From positions 24,205 through 88,204 of the forward strand of contig CAZJNI010000001.1 of the NCBI GenBank assembly GCA_964547465.1: a DNA stretch of 64,000 nt. Direction: 5' to 3'. This DNA comes from an uncultured Gammaproteobacteria bacterium (GTDB lineage: Bacteria; Patescibacteriota; Microgenomatia; Daviesbacterales; UBA10151). Below, piece by piece: positions 1 through 8,315 of the stretch (its first letter is position 1; the number at the start of each line of letters is the position of its first letter). The translations under genes were made by a program, and so were the position numbers. Below the pieces are notes generated by a model. It searched no databases. It was not told the DNA's origin and saw only the letters and a list, made by a program, of their open reading frames with translations.

Positions 1-1552
1 CTGAAATACTGGAAACATTATTGTAGGGAGTTAGTCCTTTATTCCTTAACTCTTGTTTAACTTTAGCCTCATCGTAAGTTTCCACTCCGGCAGGATTTGA
101 TTTATCTACCTGATAAAGATGCTCCGCGCTGGAAGAATCTGATTTCACCAGTAGTAGCGTATTTACGATATCTGCTATCTCTTCAGATTTTAACCAGGCT
201 GTTTTATTATATTGGCTTCGGGAGCCCCAATCACAATAAAACCAGGGAGAATCTTTATCATAAGCTCCTGCTTTAAGATCATCAAATCCTGATGCATTTC
301 CAGAAATGGTATCTACCCCATGTTTAGTCCAGGAAGTTACTGACCAGCCAATTTCAGAGCTGGATAAAATATATCCGCCATGGGTTGAAGAATACCAGGC
401 TTTAACAGGACTTCCTCCGGATACCATTACCCAACCCTTTGTATCATTAACAGCTGCTTCCCATTCCCCTCCTTTGGGCTCGCTTTTAAAAACCTGACAC
501 TGCTCGCTGACACAAATTGGCCCTTTGCCATTATTGGTATATGAGAGTGCATATGAGCGGGCAGCTATGGCTTGGGCTCTTAGCGCCTGTGGATGAAAGT
601 TGCTTGGCATTTCATAAATCCTTTTGACATAATCCTCAATAGAGCCAGACCAACCGGTAGTTGTTGAGATTTGGGTATTTGTATCGTAATCTTTTTTAAG
701 TTCAAAGTTGGCATAGTATGCATTTAAGATTTGTTCTGCGCTTTGTCCAGCCTTTCCCCGACCGTCTGCTCCAAATTGATTCATCCCGGTTCTGTTCGGT
801 ACCCCATAGGTGAAAAGGGCAAATCTGGGAGAGAAGCCCGGATCAATATGTCTATCATCACTGCAAGCTCCTATGGAAGCAGCAGACCTTGAGATATTTA
901 AACTGGCTAATCTTTGAGATAAGATCTCTTGCTGACGGGCGCTCAAAGCCACGATTTTGCTGGTTAAATCTGCCTGATATGCTTTGGCTTTTTTAATTTC
1001 TCCACCCAAAAACTTTGCATTTTTGTCAACATCTTTCTGGATTAATGCTAACCTAACCTGATCTTTTTCTAATTTATCTTTTTGGGTCAAAAGGTCCACT
1101 ACTTCATTAGTAATTGAGGTAATAATTGACCTGTCTTCTTTGGCAACAGTTTGACGGAAGATAAGTTCCCTGAATAAATCACCTGCATGAAATGAGGAAA
1201 GGATTACCACTAAAGGCTCTGTTAAATATGACCTTATATAATAGGCCCTGACCCTTCTTTCCAAAAGGGCTTGCTGCAGCGCTATTTTATCTTCCCTTAA
1301 ATCCAGCTCTTTTTGTTTAAGTTTAATATTGGCAGATAATGTATCAATTGTGGCTTGAATTTGGGCAAGCTGTCGCTGCAAGCCTTCCAGCTGCCCTTCC
1401 AGCGGTTTGGTTGCTTTAACTGAAAGCTCTCTTGCCTGATTTAGCGAATCAATCTGCTTTTGTAAATCTTCAATTTCATCAGCATGAACAGAATGGGTAA
1501 CAAGTAACAAGGTACAAGTGACAAGTAAGAAAATCGCAAGGAAACGGGGCAT
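1..1552 (-). CDS. SpoIID/LytB-like cell-wall protein with N-terminal signal peptide and coiled-coil region. The 3' end runs off the window start.
   Basis: Manual reverse-strand translation: ATG at 1550-1552 gives MPRFLAIFLLVTCTLLLVTHSVHA|D (signal peptide), then a heptad-rich coiled coil and a SpoIID-like C-terminal region that remains in frame to position 1. Absent from the ORF track because it is incomplete. Confidence 0.5.
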   Translation of the reverse strand, partial: MPRFLAIFLLVTCTLLLVTHSVHADEIEDLQKQIDSLNQARELSVKATKPLEGQLEGLQRQLAQIQATIDTLSANIKLKQKELDLREDKIALQQALLERRVRAYYIRSYLTEPLVVILSSFHAGDLFRELIFRQTVAKEDRSIITSITNEVVDLLTQKDKLEKDQVRLALIQKDVDKNAKFLGGEIKKAKAYQADLTSKIVALSARQQEILSQRLASLNISRSAASIGACSDDRHIDPGFSPRFALFTYGVPNRTGMNQFGADGRGKAGQSAEQILNAYYANFELKKDYDTNTQISTTTGWSGSIEDYVKRIYEMPSNFHPQALRAQAIAARSYALSYTNNGKGPICVSEQCQVFKSEPKGGEWEAAVNDTKGWVMVSGGSPVKAWYSSTHGGYILSSSEIGWSVTSWTKHGVDTISGNASGFDDLKAGAYDKDSPWFYCDWGSRSQYNKTAWLKSEEIADIVNTLLLVKSDSSSAEHLYQVDKSNPAGVETYDEAKVKQELRNKGLTPYNNVSSIS

Positions 1553-1618
1553 TATCTTAAAATTTTACCATTTCCAGCCAAAATGTGCTAAGCTAAGTTT
1601 GATGTCCAAAATTGAAGC

Positions 1619-1650
1619 TTGACAATATGTGTAGATTGCGCTATTATAAC
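1619..1650 (+). promoter_or_regulatory. sigma70-like promoter upstream of the AAA ATPase gene
   Basis: TTGACA (1619-1624), 17 nt spacer, TATTAT (1642-1647). Confidence 0.45.
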
Positions 1651-1686
1651 TATTAAGTAAGCGGAATTAACGCAATTTAGGCAAAT

Positions 1687-2820
1687 ATGTTTATACCTAG
1701 AATTTTAGAAAAAAAACTTATCAGTCAGCTAAAAACTTCTGAGCGCGGGATTGTAATCTTTGGACCAAGACAGATTGGGAAAACAACGCTGGCAAAGAGT
1801 ATTATTGCCAAACTCCACCTCAAAACATTAGAGGTAGACGGCGATACCTCTCATTACTCCGATGTATTTTCAAGCCAAGATCTGTCAAAATTAAAAGCAA
1901 CTGTCACAGGGTATGAGCTTCTATTTATAGATGAGGCTCAAAAAATAGACAGAATAGGAATAAATATCAAGCTGCTTCGCGATCATATACCCGGTTTAAA
2001 AATAATCGCCACCGGATCGTCTTCCCTGGATCTGGCAAGCAGCGTGAAAGAATCGCTGGTGGGACGAGTATGGAATTTCATACTTTATCCAATATCATTT
2101 TTGGAACTTAAGTCTATTTATAATAGATTTGAATTAGGAACACTTCTTGAGGAACAACTGCGGTTTGGTTCCTACCCTAATGTTTTTTCTCTGGAAGGCG
2201 ATCAAATAAAAAAAGAATACCTCGGTCAGGTCTCGGATGCTTATTTATATAGGGATATTCTGGAATTATCAGGTATTAAAAACTCAAGAAAAATTCGCGA
2301 TCTTCTAAAGCTACTTGCCTTCCAAGTTGGTTCCCAGGTTTCTCTCACTGAAGTGGGCAACCAACTTGATATGAGTAAGGATACTGTCTCAAGCTACATT
2401 GATCTACTGGAACAATCATTTGTGGTATTTCGTTTATCAGGGTTTAGTAGAAATTTAAGAAAAGAGGTCAGGAAAATGGATAAGATTTATTTTTATGATC
2501 TGGGTATCAGGAATGCAATAATAGGCAATTTTAATTATCTCAAAGACAGAAATGATGGTGGGCAACTCTGGGAAAACTTTTTGATGGTTGAAAGGATGAA
2601 ATTCTTAAGTTACACTGGAAAATCTACTTCAAAGTATTTTTGGAGAACTCATACTGGAGCTGAGCTTGACTTGGTAGAAGAGAGGGATGGTAAGCTGTTT
2701 GGATTTGAATTTAAGTTTAACAGTAAAAAACCAAAAACTCCTAAAACATGGCTTGAAACTTATTCAAATGCAACCTTTCAGTTTATCAATTTGGATAATT
2801 ATTTAGATTTTATTACGTAG
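1687..2820 (+). CDS. AAA+ ATPase (AAA_14/DUF4143-type)
   Basis: Walker A GPRQIGKTT, Walker B LLFIDEAQ, length and C-terminal region typical of DUF4143 ATPases. Confidence 0.7.
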   Translation: MFIPRILEKKLISQLKTSERGIVIFGPRQIGKTTLAKSIIAKLHLKTLEVDGDTSHYSDVFSSQDLSKLKATVTGYELLFIDEAQKIDRIGINIKLLRDHIPGLKIIATGSSSLDLASSVKESLVGRVWNFILYPISFLELKSIYNRFELGTLLEEQLRFGSYPNVFSLEGDQIKKEYLGQVSDAYLYRDILELSGIKNSRKIRDLLKLLAFQVGSQVSLTEVGNQLDMSKDTVSSYIDLLEQSFVVFRLSGFSRNLRKEVRKMDKIYFYDLGIRNAIIGNFNYLKDRNDGGQLWENFLMVERMKFLSYTGKSTSKYFWRTHTGAELDLVEERDGKLFGFEFKFNSKKPKTPKTWLETYSNATFQFINLDNYLDFIT

Positions 2821-3075
2821 ACCCTAAATTACAAAATGTGCTAAGCTAAAATTAATGTCCATTTTAACTAAATAACTGGTTTTAACTGACAACCAATACG
2901 ATAGGTTATCCAATATTTTTGATAATGCCGGTCAAGTGATATTCGGGGCAGTAGTGCTTTCACCTTTAATACTAACCTTTAACCAGATAAACTGGGTGGT
3001 GGAACTATGTGGTATAATAACTACCATAAGCAGCTGGATGATAAGTATTAGGCTAGCTAAAAAGGAGTCTGATTT

Positions 3076-3180
3076 ATGACATTTAATATAGTTTTTCTTT
3101 TAGCAATGATAGTTATACTTCTCTTTGGTATTATAGTGTTGATCCTAGCTCACCCAGGTCCTAGAAAAGAAAGACGCTAA
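3076..3180 (+). CDS. 34-aa hydrophobic small peptide (MTFNIVFLLAMIVILLFGIIVLILAHPGPRKERR)
   Basis: AAGGAG Shine-Dalgarno 7 nt upstream of ATG; single transmembrane-like segment. Below the ORF-track size cutoff. Confidence 0.25.
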   Translation: MTFNIVFLLAMIVILLFGIIVLILAHPGPRKERR

Positions 3181-3271
3181 CTTCACCCCTAATCCCTAGA
3201 CCCTAAATTACAAAATGTGGTAAGCCACAACTATCTCTCTTTTAGAGATTAATTGTGGTAAGCTAATTTTA

Positions 3272-4420
3272 ATGTCCAATTTTTTTTCCATTCTAGTAAC
3301 TACTCCAATTATCTTTTTTTTATATTTTAATCTCTTTCTATCTCCTGTATTTGCAGATAATTTATCCGATTGTCCCGCTTTTAGGAACGAGCCGTCTCAA
3401 TTATTTAATGATCCCTCAAAAACCCCGAAAGCTAAGTTTTTTGTAACACCAAGTGATAAAGATACTAAATATACTTCCTGGAAGATGCAGTTTGAATCTA
3501 GTGTTCCGCAAAATGTTGGTCCGGCTACTTTAGACACCAGTACAGGTGAGGTCTGGCGGGAAATAATTAGTGGTATGTTCACAAAGTATGATCTATTAAG
3601 TCCTGGACCTCATACTTTTATGCTAATTGGAATCACAGATAAAAACGAAGAAATCCGTCAATGTAGAGGACATTACAGTGTTACTGAATCAGATACCCAA
3701 TGTACTGTTAAACTTTCTGAAACAACAGGGATAACCCCTACGAGCAATCTTGAAGTATCGGGAGAAAATCTGACTAAAGATGAACGGTTTGGAGTTTTTA
3801 TAGATGGTGAAATAATAAAAGGTTCTCATTTATTAGATTTTGTCAGCACCTCTAACTTCTCCGGTGTTTCAATACCTAATAAATATTTATCCCCAAACAC
3901 ATCACATATTGTTAGTATTCGAAAGCAAGATAGCCATATACCTCTATCTGCAAGCAGACCTCTTTTTCCAATTGATTATGGTTCAGACCTTTGTAAAGTA
4001 ACTTTCAGTGTGGGTACACCCTCTGCACCGGGCAGTGTGGTTACTCCGGGAACTGCTCCGGTTCCAGGTACACCAGGGCTAACTGGTCCACCAACCACAT
4101 CTGGAGGGATACCATGTGATACAACAGATCCGGAAAATCCTGGTTTTCAAACAGCCATTGGGTGTGTTCATACCTCACCTGCGGCATTTATTAAGGATTT
4201 TCTTTCTTTTATAATCGGGATTTCCGGGGGGTTGGCGTTTTTGATGATGTTACTCGGAGCATTTCAGATGTTAACTTCTGCCGGAAACCCGGAGACTTTG
4301 CAAGCAGGGCGGGATAGATTCCAAAGTGCAATAATTGGACTGCTGATGGTTATTTTTGCAGTATTATTACTCCAGATAATCGGTTTTGATATCTTAAGAA
4401 TACCTGGATTTGAAAGGTAA
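3272..4420 (+). CDS. Secreted protein: signal peptide, about 250-aa ectodomain, Pro/Thr/Gly linker, and a C-terminal TrbC/VirB2-like pilin domain
   Basis: C-terminus has two hydrophobic helices separated by a small polar loop (LTSAGNPETLQAGRDRFQSAIIGLL), shared with the five downstream paralogs. Confidence 0.45.
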   Translation: MSNFFSILVTTPIIFFLYFNLFLSPVFADNLSDCPAFRNEPSQLFNDPSKTPKAKFFVTPSDKDTKYTSWKMQFESSVPQNVGPATLDTSTGEVWREIISGMFTKYDLLSPGPHTFMLIGITDKNEEIRQCRGHYSVTESDTQCTVKLSETTGITPTSNLEVSGENLTKDERFGVFIDGEIIKGSHLLDFVSTSNFSGVSIPNKYLSPNTSHIVSIRKQDSHIPLSASRPLFPIDYGSDLCKVTFSVGTPSAPGSVVTPGTAPVPGTPGLTGPPTTSGGIPCDTTDPENPGFQTAIGCVHTSPAAFIKDFLSFIIGISGGLAFLMMLLGAFQMLTSAGNPETLQAGRDRFQSAIIGLLMVIFAVLLLQIIGFDILRIPGFER

Positions 4421-4465
4421 AGTGATTTAAGATTTAAGAAATTAGATTTAAGATTAAGAATAGTA

Positions 4466-4852
4466 ATGAAGAATGGCAAAATACAGTCTTTTACAGATTT
4501 GAAAGTTTGGCAAGAAGGGCATATTCTTGTAATTATGGTTTATAAAATAACAAAAAAATTTCCCCAGGAAGAACTATATTCTTTGGTAGACCAAATGAGA
4601 AGAGCAACTTCTTCTATAACAGCTAATATTTCTGAAGGTTTTGGAAGACATTCTTATAAGGAAAAACTGCAATTTTATTATCTATCTCAAGGATCTTTAA
4701 CTGAACTTAAAAATTTCATACTTATTGCAAAAGATGTAGGCTATTTGACTACTAAAGATTTTAATGCATTAGCAGACCAAGCAAATTTAACTCATCAGAT
4801 TTTACAAGGATTTATCAAAAGCACAAAAACATTCATAAATCATAAATCATGA
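4466..4852 (+). CDS. Four-helix-bundle protein (23S rRNA intervening-sequence protein family)
   Basis: DLKVWQ...ITANISEGFGR...signature of the TIGR02436-like family. Confidence 0.65.
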   Translation: MKNGKIQSFTDLKVWQEGHILVIMVYKITKKFPQEELYSLVDQMRRATSSITANISEGFGRHSYKEKLQFYYLSQGSLTELKNFILIAKDVGYLTTKDFNALADQANLTHQILQGFIKSTKTFINHKS

Positions 4853-5181
4853 ATCTTAAATCTATTTTAGCTCTAAAACTACCCGGCGGGAATGAGATAC
4901 CGCTACCAAAAGAACTAACAGATAAAGGCTTATTAGATGTGGCCAGTGTTATTTCCGGTCTTTTAAATATTGCTTTCTATATTGCCATCTTTATGGCATT
5001 TTATTGGGTTATCTGGGCTGCATTTCAGTATATTTTAGCCTCTGGTAAAAAAGAAGACCTGGCAAAAGCCAGATCCAGAATTACCTGGGCGCTAATCGGA
5101 CTGGCTGTAGTTTTTGCAGCATACCTAATTGCAACATACGCATCTGAAATATTCCCATCTCAAACAGGAGTACCATTTTAA
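4849..5181 (+). CDS. TrbC/VirB2-like pilin paralog
   Basis: Transmembrane helix, loop AFQYILASGKKEDLAKARSRITWALIGL, second transmembrane helix; paralogous to neighbours. Confidence 0.45.
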   Translation: MNLKSILALKLPGGNEIPLPKELTDKGLLDVASVISGLLNIAFYIAIFMAFYWVIWAAFQYILASGKKEDLAKARSRITWALIGLAVVFAAYLIATYASEIFPSQTGVPF

Positions 5182-5564
5182 TGAATTTCAAATTTCCAAT
5201 TTCAAATTTCAAATGTCAAATTACTTTGTTACTTGTTACAAGTTATCTGTTACTTGTTACTCCTGCTCATGCCCAGGTTCCCATCAAGGACTATTTTGGC
5301 TTTGGAGATATTAAATCCTTGGGTCAGGGTACCACCAGAATTGTTATACCAATGTTTGAAATTGCTGCTTTTTTGGTTATTTTTTACTTTCTACTTGGTG
5401 CATTCAGGTTTTTGCGGGCAGGAGGAAATAAGGAAGAGGCAGAGGGTGGCAGACAAATGATTAATCATGCCATAATTGGGTTTATACTACTTATGTTTGT
5501 ATATTTACTATTTCAATTTATTCCGGATTTCTTTAATCTGCCGGGAATAGATATAATAAGATAA
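5181..5564 (+). CDS. TrbC/VirB2-like pilin paralog with signal peptide LLLVTPAHA|Q
   Basis: Same C-terminal topology (LGAFRFLRAGGNKEEAEGGRQMINHAIIGF). The first 41 nt are identical to the next gene. Confidence 0.45.
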   Translation: MNFKFPISNFKCQITLLLVTSYLLLVTPAHAQVPIKDYFGFGDIKSLGQGTTRIVIPMFEIAAFLVIFYFLLGAFRFLRAGGNKEEAEGGRQMINHAIIGFILLMFVYLLFQFIPDFFNLPGIDIIR

Positions 5565-6293
5565 ATGAATTTCAAATTTCCAATTTCAAATTTCAAATGT
5601 CAAATCTTGAAGCTATCATGCCTTGTATTACTACTTTTCACTTTTCACTTTTTACTTTTTACTTTTCTTGTCCAGTCAGCATTTGCTGCTAGTTGTCCAG
5701 CTGCAGGAACGAAAGTACCTGGAGACCAACAATTAACAGGCGGAAATAATACAAACCACGAGTATACTGGCAGAGACTGTAGTGCAATTCGTAATTCATC
5801 CGGCAGCATAGCCGGCCCCAGCCAATTCGGGAGAACCGAAAATTATAGATGTCTTGGTGGGTGTAAATATGAAGTAAATTATTGTACCCCCGGCGGGTGT
5901 GAGGCTATATATCCTCAAGAAGAATGCTCTTCAGCCCCTGCTTCTTGTAACAATCCTAATACAGGAGCATTATCACCAATAAGTCAGGTTTTTGGGAAAA
6001 TAATCCCACCCCAACAAATTATAAACTTCGGGTTTGGGGCAAAAGGAATTAGTACACTTTTATCCAACATTATTACCCTGTTTTATTCCATTGCCATAAT
6101 AGTTTTGATTTTTATGCTCCTCTGGGGAGCATGGGACTGGATGACATCAGAAGGTGATAAGGAAAAGTTAAGTTCTGCCCAAAAGAAAATTGTTAATGCC
6201 ATTATTGGAATTATGCTTTTTGCCGTAGCATTTGCCATAATCCAGGTTCTTGGAACTTTTACCGGATTTACCTTTTTTAAACGTGGCCCTTGA
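5565..6293 (+). CDS. TrbC/VirB2-like pilin paralog with a Cys-rich (9 Cys) N-terminal ectodomain
   Basis: WGAWDWMTSEGDKEKLSSAQKKIVNAIIG motif between two transmembrane helices; identical 5' end to the 5181 gene. Confidence 0.45.
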   Translation: MNFKFPISNFKCQILKLSCLVLLLFTFHFLLFTFLVQSAFAASCPAAGTKVPGDQQLTGGNNTNHEYTGRDCSAIRNSSGSIAGPSQFGRTENYRCLGGCKYEVNYCTPGGCEAIYPQEECSSAPASCNNPNTGALSPISQVFGKIIPPQQIINFGFGAKGISTLLSNIITLFYSIAIIVLIFMLLWGAWDWMTSEGDKEKLSSAQKKIVNAIIGIMLFAVAFAIIQVLGTFTGFTFFKRGP

Positions 6294-6706
6294 CAAGAGC
6301 TTTTGTCTATGAATATGATAAATTACTAATGAAAAAATTGGTTGCAGTATTATCTCCTTTATCCTATCTTTTTTTCACACCTTTAGTCTTTGCCGCAGAT
6401 CCAATTATAGTTAAAGCTCCTGAAGGAGGCTATTCAGATTTGGGACTATTTGTCACCAATATTTTAACTTTAGCTTTTGGCTTAGCTATTTTGGTAGTTT
6501 TGGTAATGCTGGTTTGGGGAGCATTTGAGTGGATTACATCAGGCGGAGATAAAGAAGCTGTTGGAAAAGCCAGGAACAGGATTATAAATGCCTTAATCGG
6601 CTTGGCAGTTTTAGCTATAGCCTATGCCCTAACCAGGGTAGCAGGACAATTCCTGGGCTTTGATATTACAAAAGGCATCACAATCCCAACCCCACCACCT
6701 CAATAA
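6290..6706 (+). CDS. TrbC/VirB2-like pilin paralog
   Basis: WGAFEWITSGGDKEAVGKARNRIINALIGL motif. The likely true start is the internal MKKLVAVL signal peptide. Confidence 0.45.
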   Translation: MTRAFVYEYDKLLMKKLVAVLSPLSYLFFTPLVFAADPIIVKAPEGGYSDLGLFVTNILTLAFGLAILVVLVMLVWGAFEWITSGGDKEAVGKARNRIINALIGLAVLAIAYALTRVAGQFLGFDITKGITIPTPPPQ

Positions 6707-6754
6707 TTGATTTATAGATTGATCTTTCATCTTTATTCATGTTAAGTTTTAAAT

Positions 6755-7171
6755 ATGGGGAAACGTATTATGTATTATGTATTGTGTATTGTGGGGTTTT
6801 TATTCATAATACATGCTACCAACTACTTACTACCAACTGTTCATGCTGCTAATTGTGATCCTAATCTGGTAGGTCCCCGTGTACCCGGAGATTGTCCTGC
6901 AGGATTGCAACAAATCGAAGATCTTTTTAAACAAATAATCACCGTTGCAACCGGGCTGGGATTTATTGCGCTTTTAGTGCTAATAGTTTTTGCCGGCTTT
7001 AAATATTTAATGTCAGGCGGAGAACAGAAAGCAGTCCAAGCTGCCCATCAAACCGTAACCTGGGCGCTTTTGGGAATAGTCTTTATGGCAATTGCCTGGT
7101 TAATATTACAACTGATACATGCATTTACTGGTGTTGATGTAACAACATTCACTTTTGGCCTTCCTAAATAG
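6755..7171 (+). CDS. TrbC/VirB2-like pilin paralog
   Basis: FAGFKYLMSGGEQKAVQAAHQTVTWALLGI motif. Signal peptide PTVHA|A. Shares a VPGD motif with the 5565 gene. Confidence 0.45.
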   Translation: MGKRIMYYVLCIVGFLFIIHATNYLLPTVHAANCDPNLVGPRVPGDCPAGLQQIEDLFKQIITVATGLGFIALLVLIVFAGFKYLMSGGEQKAVQAAHQTVTWALLGIVFMAIAWLILQLIHAFTGVDVTTFTFGLPK

Positions 7172-7175
7172 AAGT

Positions 7176-7204
7176 TTGACAATACGCATATAATCACATA
7201 TAAT
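7176..7204 (+). promoter_or_regulatory. sigma70-like promoter for the fic gene
   Basis: TTGACA (7176-7181), 17 nt spacer, TATAAT (7199-7204). Confidence 0.5.
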
Positions 7205-7220
7205 CCAATATAATTAGATT

Positions 7221-8276
7221 ATGCGAACTAAATTTGAGAAAAGATTAGCTCAAGTGTCAGCTGAAATTTTAACAAAGATCGCCCGGATTGATGAGTTAAA
7301 AGGCCGGTGGTCTGCCGGAGTAAATTTAAATCCCTATCTTTTGGGAAGACTTAAAAAATCAGTCTTAATTACCTCAACCGGAGCATCTACCAGAATTGAA
7401 GGATCCAGACTTTCTGATAAGGATGTAGAAAAATTAATGCAAGGTATTGCCATTCAAAAATTTGCTGATCGTGATATAGGAGAAGTCCAAGGATATTACG
7501 AACTGCTGGAGAATGTCTTTGGATCATGGGATTCTATCAGATTCTCTGAAAATACTATTAAACATTTTCACCAGCAGCTTTTAAAATACGTGGAGAAGGA
7601 TAAGCTACACCGCGGAGAATATAAAAAAGGGGAGAATAAAGTCCAAATGGTAGATGCAAATGGAAAAATCATTGGAACTGTTTTTGATACAACCCCTGCC
7701 TACCTTACACCCAAACAGATGCAAGAACTGGTGGAATGGACCAAAAATGCATTTGATGATAAAAAATATCATCCTTTACTTATTACGGGGAATTTTTTAG
7801 TGGAGTTTTTGAGTATTCATCCTTTTGAGGATGGAAATGGCAGACTTTCGCGGATTTTAACTAACTTTTTACTTCTTAAGATGGGCTATTTATATATGCC
7901 TTATATTTCCCATGAGAAGTTAATTGAAGAAAAAAAGGGAGGCTATTATCTTGCTTTAAGAAAAAGTCAAAAAACTTTTAAAAAAAGGGGGGATATTACT
8001 GATTGGCTTAATTTCTTTTTGAATATTATATTGGCTCAATCAGAGCAAGCAATTAATCTTGTCTCCTCGGAAAATCTTGAGAGTATCCTTTCAAACAAAC
8101 AGTTGGTTGTATGGAGGTATTTGCAAAGCGTTTCAGAGGCAACACCACGTAAGATAGCCAAAGTTACCAATACTGCCCGGCCGACAGTTTATCAGATACT
8201 TACTAAACTGCTTAAACTTAAAAAAATAGAACGCCTGGGTTTGGGGAGAAGCAGCCGCTACCGGAAGCTTTCTTAA
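7221..8276 (+). CDS. fic: Fic/Doc family protein (AMPylase-type) with C-terminal winged-helix
   Basis: Canonical Fic motif HPFEDGNGRLSR. Confidence 0.8.
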   Translation: MRTKFEKRLAQVSAEILTKIARIDELKGRWSAGVNLNPYLLGRLKKSVLITSTGASTRIEGSRLSDKDVEKLMQGIAIQKFADRDIGEVQGYYELLENVFGSWDSIRFSENTIKHFHQQLLKYVEKDKLHRGEYKKGENKVQMVDANGKIIGTVFDTTPAYLTPKQMQELVEWTKNAFDDKKYHPLLITGNFLVEFLSIHPFEDGNGRLSRILTNFLLLKMGYLYMPYISHEKLIEEKKGGYYLALRKSQKTFKKRGDITDWLNFFLNIILAQSEQAINLVSSENLESILSNKQLVVWRYLQSVSEATPRKIAKVTNTARPTVYQILTKLLKLKKIERLGLGRSSRYRKLS

Positions 8277-8315
8277 AACTTGCAAAAAGGTATTGGTTTG
8301 TTTTACTGTTAGAGT

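Noticed and set aside
306-497. 63-aa plus-strand ORF.
   Set aside because: It lies entirely inside, and antisense to, the SpoIID-like gene and has no start context. Most likely spurious.
2930-3073. Possible 47-aa small membrane ORF with a GTG start (VIFGAVVLSPLILTF...).
   Set aside because: Only a GTG start and no clear RBS. Insufficient support.
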